Shown here: in pieces, positions 1-10,505 of the stretch
Layout of the letters: the number at the start of each line of letters is the position of its first letter
Numbering within the stretch: position 1 is the stretch's first letter
Assembly: GCA_965202585.1 (NCBI GenBank)
Contig: OZ241829.1
Span: 73,656,001-73,720,000 of the forward strand
Length of the DNA stretch: 64,000 bases
Reading direction: 5' to 3'
Source: Thalia democratica
Taxonomy: Eukaryota
Position numbers and translations under genes: made by a program
The notes under the pieces: model-generated
What the model was told of the DNA's origin: nothing
Seen by the model: the letters and a program-made list of their open reading frames with translations, nothing else
Database searches by the model: none

Positions 1-360
1 TTAGTTATAGTTTGACTAAGCAGTTTCAGTAAAATATGTAATATTTTAAATAAAAAACGTATTTCTCCGTATTAGTTTAGCTACTTTACAATAGTTGTAA
101 AAACCAATGACATCATGTTTAAAAATGTATTTAAAATATTAGCTAATAATGTCAAAATTCTAACTTAAATAATTATATTGAAAATTTCAATGTTGCATTT
201 ATAGATAGTTATAAAAATATTATTTTCAATTGTTGTTGCTAAACATACAAAGCAGATAAAACATTGAGAAAATTGTCTGACGATACAAAAACATTTATCC
301 CGTTATTTCTCTATAGTTTTTGAGTTATAAGTAAACTAAAAAAATCTCAAGAAATACTTA

Positions 361-760
361 TTTCAAAAAGCCGCGCATAAAATAGATGGCGGCAACACTT
401 GAACGCAGGAAGTTTGCGATTTATTAACTTAAAACTGCTGCTTCACAAAGCTTAAGTGACGTCACAAAACTTGAGCATTAAAAAACTATTTGTTACGTCA
501 CGATCGGCTTTTACCTCAAGAACAGACGCGTTTAAGTTTCACAGAAAGCATGTTGGGCCGCGCTCGGCAGGCCTTAAAATATTATGAATTCAACAAAGAC
601 AGCAATATGATAATTAAGCGTGCTGCCACTTTGAACGTTACTCATACTGTGAAGGCGTTCAATCGCTGATGACGTCACTAAAAAGTCAATTTGATATATG
701 ACGCAAGGAAAAAATGTGAGAGAATTTTTTTTACGCTGCCTTGGTATACCTGCTGTTTGG
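361..760. promoter_or_regulatory. Conserved GC-richer block P (YY1-like AGATGGCGGC, TGACGTCA/TTACGTCA sites)
   Basis: AGATGGCGGC at ~384, TGACGTCA at ~458 and ~670, TTACGTCA at ~494. The block is conserved in 8 copies. Promoter role is inference. Confidence 0.45.
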
Positions 761-1120
761 AAGACTAATTTTTTATGTGATTAAAAGATAATAATAAACA
801 TACCAATTGCGATGATATTGTATATGTAGTCAAGATAAAATAAACAAAACTATTAATGGTACTAAATTTGAATCCGTAAGCAGGCTAATATTAACAAATA
901 CAAAAATTAAGTTTAAGTACAATTTTAGGGCTAATAAAAATAACTATTAAAAGTAATTTAAAGCATGTATTTTTGCTAATAAAAACACAAGTATAAATAT
1001 AATCGTTAAATTTGAATAACAGTAGTGTGAGATAGATTTACGTGACGCAGATAACAAAACGAGTGAAATTATATAAGTGTAATCCTCAACGGATCAACCA
1101 TACTACAATATATGACCTAC

Positions 1121-1262
1121 ACCGAACGAGCCGACGACGGTAACTATTAAGTTGTCGGGATCAAAACATATATATAAAATCGGATTACCATCCTCCTCAC
1201 AGCGAGGAATACCTTCCCTTCCCCGATGGCTGTCATAAATGGGTGTCAGAAAAGCATGAGTC
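1121..1262 (-). pseudogene. Exon A (...THAFLTPIYDSHRGREGIPRCEED) + 45-nt intron + 23-nt microexon (VTVVGSFG), copy 1
   Basis: Donor GATG|gtaatc at 1189/1188, acceptor taatag|TTACC at 1144/1143, donor |gtaggt at 1121/1120. Phases join in frame. Confidence 0.55.
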
Positions 1263-1490
1263 GTCACAGAGTGACACTTTAGCACGTAGTGACACTTTGG
1301 CACGGAGTGACACTTTAGCGCGGAGTGACACTTTGGCACGGATAGACCTTTTACCAAGGGTCGTCATTTAAGAACGAAGCAACACTAAATCACGGAGTGA
1401 CACTTTAACACGGAGTGGCATTCTGGCATGGTGTGAAACTTTGGCTCAAATTAACATTTTAGCTCGGTGTCACTCCATTCTAACACTTTT
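1262..1490. repeat. 18-bp minisatellite (AGTGACACTTTAGCACGG)n, degenerating rightwards
   Basis: Direct tandem units are visible, giving LKCHSV hexapeptide ORFs. Confidence 0.9.
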
Positions 1491-2499
1491 ATCGTTTAAA
1501 AAACGATTATGTTTGAATTGACAAAAACATACCGAATGCTTATATAATAAAAAAAAATATTTAGTATCTCAAAACAAAAGAAAGTGAATATTAAAATAAT
1601 ATTTTGTGTAATTGTGTCACAAATTTAAACTAAGGAATCAAAGTATATATATAAACAATATTTCAAACAATTTTACTTATAAACTTTTAAAGCACATTAG
1701 GGACAACGATAAGGTATGCTTTTGAACCGAAACTTAGTTTACAAAATTATTAGTTGTGTTACACCTAAATTGAGCCATATAAACATCATATTTATGTTAA
1801 AGTAAATTCAAATACTATCTTAATAATACTTAGTTACTACAATAATAATACTACAATAAATGTGTTTTTTCTGTAGCGTAATTTATTGATGTACCACCTA
1901 TTGTATGTAAACTAAGTATATGAAAAAAGTGGTGTAAGTAGAAACTACTACTATAAATCTAAATCAATGTTAAACAAAAATTAACTTATGAGTGTAAAAT
2001 AAATTTTAATGAAATAACTTACGTACAATGAAAATAAATTAACTAACCAGAGGGTTTATGCTAATGTTCCATTTTCATAGTTTCTAATTGTAAAAGACGT
2101 AGTTGATTTTTTTGTCGACCCGTCACTTGACTGTTGAAATAAAATTTGTTGAATAATTTTAAATTTATATTAGCTTTTTTATTGACATTTTAGAACTTAT
2201 AGTACTACATTATGAATGTGGATCGTAAGCTGGTTGTTTGCTTCAACGGTTAAAAGTAGAAGTTAACAAACGAAATTATTTTTTCAGACTTTTTGTTAAT
2301 AGTAGTAGTACTGTACAGATAACTTAAAATATTCCATTTTTAATAACAAAAACTTTGTTTTAAATTTTGAACAGAAAAAAGTTTGGAAAGTTTATTTATT
2401 GATATCAGCTAATATAAGAGTCAAGTGTAAAAGTTTGTATAAATGTTTAAATAAGAAATAAATAAATAAATTAATAAGGTAAAAAGTGATTGTAGCGTC

Positions 2500-3135
2500 A
2501 AATTAAAACCTTTCAACTGACTTGCAAGTGTTTATGACATCACAACAGAACTTTCAATCAGAGTTGGGAGTGTTAGTGACTTCATATCAGAACCTTTAAA
2601 CAGGGGAACGGGTCAAATATACACCAAGACAAAACTGCACCGGATTACTAAATTTCACGAGGGCACAAGATTGCATGGAAATACTTTTGCACGAAGACAA
2701 GCTTGCACGAGGGGACAAAATTGCACGAGGACAATTTTGCAGGAGGGTCATTTTGCGAGAGAGTAAAATAGAAAACATAAAAATAAAACTGAAAAATATA
2801 AAAATAAATAAACAAAACAAGTAGAAAAGGTTATGGGTAACAGTTTAAGTAAAAAAAATGAAATTAACAAAATACTTAAAAATAAAAATTTAACCCGTGC
2901 AAATTTTTTTTGTGCAAAAGTATATCGTGTATTTTTTTGCCCTAGTACAATTTTGTTCCCTCGTGCAGATACCATTCAAACCATTGACAGATACCACTCA
3001 AACAGACTTGGGAGTAATTTTATCGTCACATTAGAACCTTCAAACAAGAGCTGTGAGCAATTGTGACGTCACCTTAGAACCTTCAAATAGACTTGTGAGT
3101 GATTATGACGTTACACAAGAATTTTTAATCAGGCT
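2500..3135. repeat. ~40-bp minisatellite (GAACCTTCAAACAGACTTGTGAGTAATTATGACGTCACATTA-like) interrupted by a foldback MITE
   Basis: About 3 units at 2500-2600 and about 4 units at 2995-3135. Confidence 0.8.
2600..2995. mobile_element. Foldback/MITE-like element with TGCACGAG subterminal repeats
   Basis: Left arm of TTGCACGA repeats (2630-2760), A-rich core, and right arm of inverted CGTGCA repeats (2893-2970). Confidence 0.65.
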
Positions 3136-3196
3136 TTTGAGTAATTTAACTCGAAAAAATTGGTACGACATGAAGTATTGACATTAAAAATAAACA

Positions 3197-3414
3197 TCAA
3201 TGAATATGAATATTGAACATAGTAAATATAAACAGAACTAACATGAATACAAAAAACATGCATGGTATCAAAACATAAATAAGCGAGCTAATGGAAAAAA
3301 CAATTCCTGCCAGAACCGCAACCCACTATGGAATCCCTGCAACCTACCAAGGAGAAACAAAGTCAGCATTATCTTGTTGCAAAATAGGTTACATAAGATC
3401 AAAAACAAAGCTTT
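3197..3414 (-). pseudogene. Hydrophobic terminal exon-like segment (exon 3), copy with internal stops
   Basis: Acceptor ctctttag|AA. Reads SFVFDLM*PILQQDNADFVSPW*...WVAVLAGIVFSISSLIYVLIPCMFFVFMLVLFIFTMFNIHIH*. Confidence 0.5.
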
Positions 3415-4631
3415 CTAAAGAGTTCTCGATTAAATGATTACAAAGGAGAAAAAAATTGTACATTTACATACATAACAACAGTGGACAACTAAAATTTATA
3501 ATCACTCGCAAGTCTGTTTAAAGATTCTAGTGCATGTAAAAAGAATCTCTACGTGTCTGTGTAGATTATACTAGGCTAGACTCTTTTAAATAATTTCCGC
3601 AAAGATCGATTTATTATTGGCTATCGTTCCAATGGGAACTAGTTTTTGTTCACAAATCAAGCTTGACCATTTCAAACAATAACATATAGTACAATGCAGT
3701 ACTTTTAAAGTTTTTGTAAGTAATAACAGAAGGGAGTGGAACAACGGAAATTAGAAAAGAAGCAAAACAATTAACAAATAGAAAAATTTAAAGAAACTTT
3801 TTTTAGTGCTGCTCAAATTTCACATACTAGCAATACACGTGTTTCGTTTTGCATTTACTGATTTGAATATTTGGGTTAGTTTATTTCAGAGTGTTTGTAA
3901 TAACTAGTTGTTTGAATAACGCTTATATAAAGTATGTATTTTGTATGCTTATTATTTATCTACCAAACTCAAATTGTTTTACACTAAACTATGATAAAGT
4001 ATCAAAAACATTAAGTCAACAAGATTAGAAAAATAATTTAACTATATCTTTTTAAAATAATGTTATAAAGTAAACGAATAAAACAATATGAACATAGTAA
4101 ACGGGGATGATTTTAATATATATATGTATATATTAAGATAACTAAGGTAGTCCGGTTTTTTTCATTTTGGAAAGTGTATCTTAGCAAGTATGTGAAAAAT
4201 AAGCTGCAAAAAAGGGGGCGAACAGGGTCAAGTATAGTACAACAATGCTGGCAAAACATGCTTTGTGGAAAAGTGTTTTCCATTTGTGTTAACAATGATG
4301 TGACGCAGTTAGTATGCAGAAATTTACATTTTTATTTATAAATTATACTGAACGGTAGTCTTTTTAAAAGATCGGAGAAAGATTGCGATTGCTTTCGAAG
4401 TTTGATAAATCCCGATGGATATCATACTTAAACAAACTATCTTAATTTTATTTTTATAAATTAAGGAAAAAACATCAAAACGTACTTATTTAAGTACTTA
4501 GTGAAGTAGTTCTTAACAGTACTTATTTGAACAAAGACAAAGCCTTGCAACTAAAAGATTAATTAATAATATATATAATATATAATAAATTAATAACTTG
4601 AATAACATTAATTATAGATATGAAAACTTAC

Positions 4632-4709
4632 TTGGAGTGTTTGCTTTGTTCCACCAACTGATTCCTAAGATTGACGCCAGCTTAAAGGATTTTTGCTTTC
4701 TCCCTGCAA
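4632..4709 (-). pseudogene. Internal exon 2 (78 nt; AGRKQKSFKLASILGISWWNKANTP)
   Basis: ttttccacag acceptor and gtaagt donor. One open frame, but no ATG. Confidence 0.65.
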
Positions 4710-4998
4710 CTGTGGAAAATTAACATGTTTAAATATTTAGCTTCAAGTAAGTGCTAGCTTTTTACTTCATTTGAGGATTACAAAGTTTTGACAGCTAATC
4801 TATAAGTGTCTTACTTTAATAGATAAAGTTTATTGTATTATCTAAGAAAGGACTTACTTATTTAATAAACTATTACAGCTTTGGCTTTAAAAAGTTGTAT
4901 AAATTATATAAGGTTAGATTTTTAGTCGTTAGGAGTTTCGTTGAAAACATAAAAAATTTAGTTAACAAATAAAAATTTCTCAAAGTAATTTTATATAC

Positions 4999-5290
4999 CT
5001 TAAAGCTGCTTTGAATTCTGTTATTAAAAGGTGCAAAAAACATCAAAAATAATAATTATGAGTAGGCCGAGCGTAAAAAAGATGGCAGCGACGTTTTAGC
5101 GAGTTAATTTTTAACTTAAAACCGCTGCAACATGAGCTTAAAGTTTAGTGACGTCACAAAACTTCAGCTCGAAGAAAAAGGTGTTTGTTACGTCACAATT
5201 GACTTTTGCTTCCGAGCAGCCGAAGCGGTGAAGCATCAGAGTTCACATTTGAAACAGCACGCTGAGCCGCGCTTGGCTATCTTCAAATTA
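4999..5290 (-). promoter_or_regulatory. Candidate non-coding first exon (donor AAG|gtatat at 4999) and shortened P block
   Basis: Donor retained at ~31853 and ~51578. AAGATGGCAGC and TGACGTCA motifs lie upstream. Confidence 0.4.
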
Positions 5291-5950
5291 GATATTCAGT
5301 AAAATTCTATCTAAAACCAAAGCAGGTAGCACTTTTTATTTTAATTACACTTTGAAAATTGCAGCAACGCGTCTTTTTAAGCGTAATTTTTTATAGAACT
5401 CTAAATTTTAAGTGTAATGTTAGTTTTTGTAAGTTTTTTGTACATTTTTTATTATAAAAATGGTTATAAAAACATATAATTTTTAGTTAAGTACAACAAA
5501 ATTTTAATAAACTTTTAAATTTTTTTAACAAATTTATTTTATCAGCTAAACTTCCACTTAGAAAAGCAATTTAAATAACGATTTTGTAAATGGTATCTTA
5601 TTGTGCTACGTTTTTTATGCTATTACTTATTAAGCTTTTTAGTTTTAGTTTCAGTAAAAGAATATATTTAATAAGTTGCCATATTAATATTTAAAGTTTC
5701 ATGTAAAAATAAGATTAAACGGTAGTCTTTTCTAAAGCTTAGAGAAAAGAGCGATTGTTTTTAAAGTTTGAGAAATCCTGATGGATATCATAGTTAAACA
5801 AATTATCTTGATTTTATTTTTATAAACTACCGAGAAAACATCACAAGTAGTAGTTTTTAACGGTACTTATTTGACCGAAGACAAAATCTTGCAACAAAAA
5901 ATTTTAATTGTGATAATTGAATTACATTGACTATAGATATGAAAACTTAC

Positions 5951-6017
5951 TTGGAGTCTTTGCTTTGTCCCACCAACTGATTCCCAAGATTGAAGAACTT
6001 TTGCTTTCTCCCTGCAA
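5951..6017 (-). pseudogene. Exon 2 copy (67 nt, 11-nt deletion)
   Basis: Same splice sites as the 4632 copy; frameshifting deletion. Confidence 0.6.
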
Positions 6018-6089
6018 CTGTGGAAAAATTAACAGTTTAATTCATTTAGTTTTAAATAAGTTTTAGCTTTATATTTAGTTACAGATAAT

Positions 6090-6560
6090 TTAACTGATCC
6101 ATCTTTGTCAAAAGCAGATTTGTATTTTATTAGTGGATTGTTTCAATATAAAGAAACAACGTAGATGAATATAAAAGTTAATTGGAGTTTGTACATACAC
6201 TATTAACTCGAAACAAACTAAAATGGAAATATCAGTCAACCTTTTTCGGGATTCAGCAGAGTTTCGAAGGTATAAAAAGATTCGTGTGACGCAAATGACT
6301 AAACACGAGAAAAGAAGCGAGATGAATGAAAGAGACATAAAGAAGCATTCGAAGCAGGACTCTCGAAGGAGCAGCCTAAAAATTCGGTTGATCATATTGA
6401 AACACCAAAAATATTGCTAAACAATCTTCATTTATACTCCGATTGTCAACCGTGACACATGTTTAATGAATATATAATTAAGTGGTAACAATCAAAAACT
6501 CCCGTTTCTTCACAGTGTGTTAAAGTTAGGCGTAAAGTAATGAAAACTGCCTGACCAATT
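6090..6560 (+). other. Dispersed ~470-bp element R with 65-aa basic ORF (6223-6420), copy 1
   Basis: Homologous to 32940-33415 and 43270-43745. ORF MEISVNLFRDSAEFRRYKK...KHQKYC. Confidence 0.6.
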
Positions 6561-8085
6561 AAGACTTTCAATACAAATACCTCAATAAAACTGACAGATG
6601 ACGTCATTAGCCATTATGACGTCACACCTTTAAACAGAATTGTGAATAATAATAGTATAACAGAGTAATAATAAGCTTTTTGTTTGCGCTTAAGTGAACT
6701 ACATGGTAACTCACAAAATTGTTATGACCTGAGCTATTGACATTCAAACACAAACATTAATGAATATGAATATGTAAATTATATAAAAAAATAATATGAA
6801 TGTAAAGAATATCAATGACATCAGTATAAATTTTTTGAACAAAAAGAATACTAGTGATACTAAAACTTTAATAAGCTTAATAAAAATGAAGTCCGTGTAA
6901 AGGATGTGACGTGTAAAAGGGACGTAAGAAAGTGCCTGGATACGAAAAACACAAAAAAAAAAGATATACTTGAGTTTGTATTGAAATGCAATAAATATTG
7001 AACAAAAACTTAAGACAAAAACAACTAAAAGTTTTTGATATAAATTAGAAATAAATTTTGATTATGTAAACAGTTATAGGTTTCATCAGAAATTACTCAA
7101 TTTAATTAATTAGTATTTTAACTAAAATTATCATACGTACAAAAATAAAAGTAAAGTAAACAATAAGTAAAATTTAACAAGCGACAAAATAGACAAAAAT
7201 ATTTTTAGTTTTATTTTGTTAAGCACTTAATGATTATCATCTAAGCGTTTCAGAATCCTTTTTTGTACAAACAATTAGGCCTAATTTATACAAGCAACAG
7301 TGTGTTTATAATCTAATATAATCTGTTAAATATAATCTTTATAAGTTGTTATAAGTCTTGTTTGTCGCTTATTCTATTTTACTTATTGTTTGTCTTACTA
7401 TTAATTTTCTACCGAGGCTTATCTTAGTTGTATAACTAATTAAATTATAGTTATGTAATTGTAAACAATTAGTCTATCTCTAGTTAATTTTCTTGATGTC
7501 TAATTTTAATAGTTAAGTATTTTCTGATGAAACATACAACTGTTTTATTACTTAAAGCTTACTTTTCAAAATTAGTTGCTAAAAAAGTAGTTTTAATGGT
7601 TTGCTGAAATTTATTTTACTCGTTTGCTCAATAAGTTTGTTTTGAGTGAATGTAGTCTAAGTTTTTGTTTTATAACTGTAGTACTATAAAAATATTTGGC
7701 AAAAAAAAAAAGTACAATTTATATGAAATTTGAAACTCAATTTAGATAAAAATTTGATTATAATTAGTAAGAGCGGTCTTTTTTATGCCCTATGGAACAG
7801 TGTTTTGCATCGACTGACAATTAGATGCGAAAAGTAGTGCGCATAGTAGCTTTTTGAAAAACTAAAGGGGGGACGATTGCTGTTTAGGTTTCTTAAAAGT
7901 GGTTGTTACGAAATTTGGCCTTGGAAGTCCTGATAAAGATCAAAGCTACAAGCTACACAAATGTACTAAACTTCATTTGTTTAAAATCATTTAGGATAAA
8001 ACATCTTAAGTAGTAATTTTCAGTGAGCATAATTAATGAGATATGTTTGCTTACGCAGCATGTTTTATAAATAAAGAAAGTTTAC

Positions 8086-8180
8086 TTGGAGTGTTACTAT
8101 AACTGCATCCTTCAACATTGATGTCAGCTTGAAAAATTGTTGATTCCTTCCACGAAAACAAGCTGCCATCTTCTGTTAAA
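8086..8180 (-). pseudogene. Exon 2 copy with ATG (MAACFRGRNQQFFKLTSMLKDAV..., frameshifted near end)
   Basis: ttttcaacag acceptor and gtaaac donor; 2 extra nt relative to the 26048 copy. Confidence 0.6.
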
Positions 8181-8269
8181 CTGTTGAAAAGTTAACATTT
8201 GAAATACCTGTTTTAATACAGTTAATAGCTTTTTCATTCGTTTAAAAATAACGAAACTTCTACCACTAA

Positions 8270-8720
8270 TGTGTAACTACTTTAGCTTAATACATAAATT
8301 TAAAACTAGAGATTTTCTTTTAATTAGTATTTAAATACCTACTGTATTTATTAATTCTACTACTAACGTGTAAATATTTTATCTTAATAAATAAATTAAA
8401 AACTAGAGATTTTCTTTTAATTAATATGAAAATACCTACTGTATTAATTAATTCTACCACTAATGCGTAAATATTTTATTTTAATAAACAAATTAAAAAC
8501 TAGAGATTTTCTGTTAATTAGTATGCAAATACCTACTGTGTAAATTAATTCTACTACTAATGTGTAAATATTTTAACTTAATAAATTTATTTAAAAATAG
8601 ATTTTTTCTTTTATTTAATATGCAAATACCTACTGTATTAATTAATTCTACTATTAATGTGTAAATATTTTATCTTAATAAATTAATTTAAAATTAGAGA
8701 TTATTTTTTAATTAATATGC
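8270..8720. repeat. 97-bp AT-rich tandem repeat, ~5 units
   Basis: CTAGAG anchors at 8306, 8403 and 8500, with degenerate anchors at ~8597 and ~8694. Confidence 0.9.
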
Positions 8721-9379
8721 TGTACAATCCAATTACAACACACGTCACCACTGCTTACGACATATAAATATAACTTAAAAACATCTTGCTTGAAACCTTC
8801 AGTTGTTTTTTAAAAGTATTTTGGTTTAACAACACGTAACACAAAAGATTTATTTTTAATTTTTAAATAATAATCGTAGAATTCATTTAAACAGTATGTG
8901 TAAGTCTAACAAAGTAGAGATAATTTAAAAAATTCAATATTGCTTAAAACAAAACTTAATACTTTCATTGTGTTCTATATTTAACGATTAAATGGTAATT
9001 AAATACTACTTTAGTTATAGTTTGACTAAGCAGCTTCAGTAAAACATGTAATAATTTGAATAAAAAACGTATTTCTCAGTATTAATTTAGCTACTTTACA
9101 ATATTTGTAAAAACATCATGTTTAAAAGTATAAATGAAATATTAACTATTAATGTCAAAATTCTAATTACAATGACTATATTGCAAAATATTTCCGTGTT
9201 GCATTAATAGATTGTTATAGAAATATTATTTTCAATTGTTGTAGTCATACATAACATTTAAAAAACTATTGATAAAACATTGAGAAACTTGTCTGACGAT
9301 ACTAAAACATTTATCCCGTTATTTTTCTACAGTTTTTACGTTATAAGTAAACTAAAAAATCTGAAGAATTACTTATGTT

Positions 9380-9775
9380 AAAAACCGAGCGGAAAAAAAG
9401 ATGACGACAATACTTGAGCGCAGGAAGTGTGCGGTTTTTTAAATTAAAACTGCTGCTTCACAAAACTTAAGTGAATTCACAAAACTTCAGCTGAAAAAAA
9501 AACTGCTTGTTATGTCACAAGCGGCTTTTACCTCAAGAACCGAAGCGTTTTAGTTTCACAGAAAGCATGTTGGGCCGCGCTCGGCAGGCCTTAAAATATT
9601 TGGAATTAGATAAACTAGCAATGAGATAATTGTGTATGCTGCCACTTTGAACCTTACTCATACTATGAAGGCGTTCTATCGTTAGTGACGTCACTAAAAA
9701 GTCAATTTAATATATGACGCAAGGAAAAAATGTGAGAGAGTTTTTTACGCTGCCTCAGTCTACCTGCTGTTTGGA
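9380..9775. promoter_or_regulatory. P block copy
   Basis: Homologous to 361-760. Confidence 0.45.
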
Positions 9776-10132
9776 AATTTTAATTTTTTATATGATTAAA
9801 AGATAATAATAAACATAGCAATTAAGATGAAGTTGTATATGTAGTCAAGATAAAATAAATAAAACTATTAATGATACTAAATTTAAATCCGTACGCAGGC
9901 TAGTATGAACAAGTACAAAAATTAAGTTTAAGCATGTTTTTCGGCTGATAAAAATAACTATTAAAAGTAATTTTAAGCATGTATTTTGGCTAATAAAAAC
10001 AAATATAACTATAATCGTTAAATTTGAGTAACAGAAGTGTGAGATAGATTTATTTGACGCAGATGGCAAAACGAGTGAAATTATGTAAATGTAATCGTCA
10101 ATGGATCAACCATACCACAATATTAGACTTAC

Positions 10133-10285
10133 ACTGGACGAGCCGACGACGGTCACTATAAAGTTTTCGGTGTATAGGAATCAAAAAAATATATGTAATT
10201 GGATTACCATCTTCCTCACAGCGAATAACACCTTCTCTTCCTCGATGGCTGTCATAAATGGGTGTCAGAAAAGCATGGGTCGTCA
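10133..10285 (-). pseudogene. Exon A + 52-nt intron + 23-nt microexon (VTVVGSSS), copy 2
   Basis: Donor gtaatc at 10207, acceptor ctttatag at 10156, donor gtaagt at 10132. Confidence 0.55.
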
Positions 10286-10505
10286 CAGAGTGACACTTTA
10301 GCACGTAGTGACACTTTGGCACGGAGTGACACTTTATCGCGGAGTGACACTTTGGCACGGATAGACCATTTACCAAGGGTCGTCATTTAAGAACGAAGCA
10401 TTACTAAATCACGGAGTGACACTTTAACACGGAGTGGCACTCTCGCACGGTGTGAAACTTTGGCTCAAATTGACATTTTAGCTCGGTGTCACTCCATTCT
10501 AACAC
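10285..10505. repeat. 18-bp minisatellite copy
   Basis: GAGTGACACTTT units. Confidence 0.9.

Noticed and set aside
1103-1357. ORFs with repeated KCH (also 10098, 27914, 35969, 47270, 47307) as zinc-finger or metal-binding proteins
   Set aside because: They are translations of the 18-bp minisatellite plus a retained intron; two different minus-strand frames give repeats, and there is no C2H2 spacing.
2596-3066. Hydrophobic or basic ORFs (also 11694-12189, 29473-29943, 37558, 49210)
   Set aside because: They lie in the A-rich core and arms of the foldback MITE, overlap on both strands, and are composition artefacts.
2995-3135. CRISPR-like repeat arrays (40-bp and 18-bp units)
   Set aside because: The units are contiguous without unique spacers, there are no cas genes, and the context is eukaryotic.
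4503-4520. let-7-like miRNA (AAGTAGTAGTT)
   Set aside because: The seed does not match TGAGGTAG and there is no precursor hairpin.
4623-4645. AAACTTACTTGG resembling the U1 snRNA 5' end
   Set aside because: It is simply the reverse complement of a splice donor; no U1 stem-loops or Sm site follow.
4875-4890. AGCTTTGG (tunicate SL-RNA Sm-like site), suggesting a spliced-leader RNA array
   Set aside because: No recognisable leader plus donor upstream on that strand, and the motif is not conserved in most cassettes.
8270-8720. Array of micro-exons within the 97-bp repeat (ag|gtattt and ctag sites)
   Set aside because: The implied introns would be about 33 nt and there is no coherent frame.
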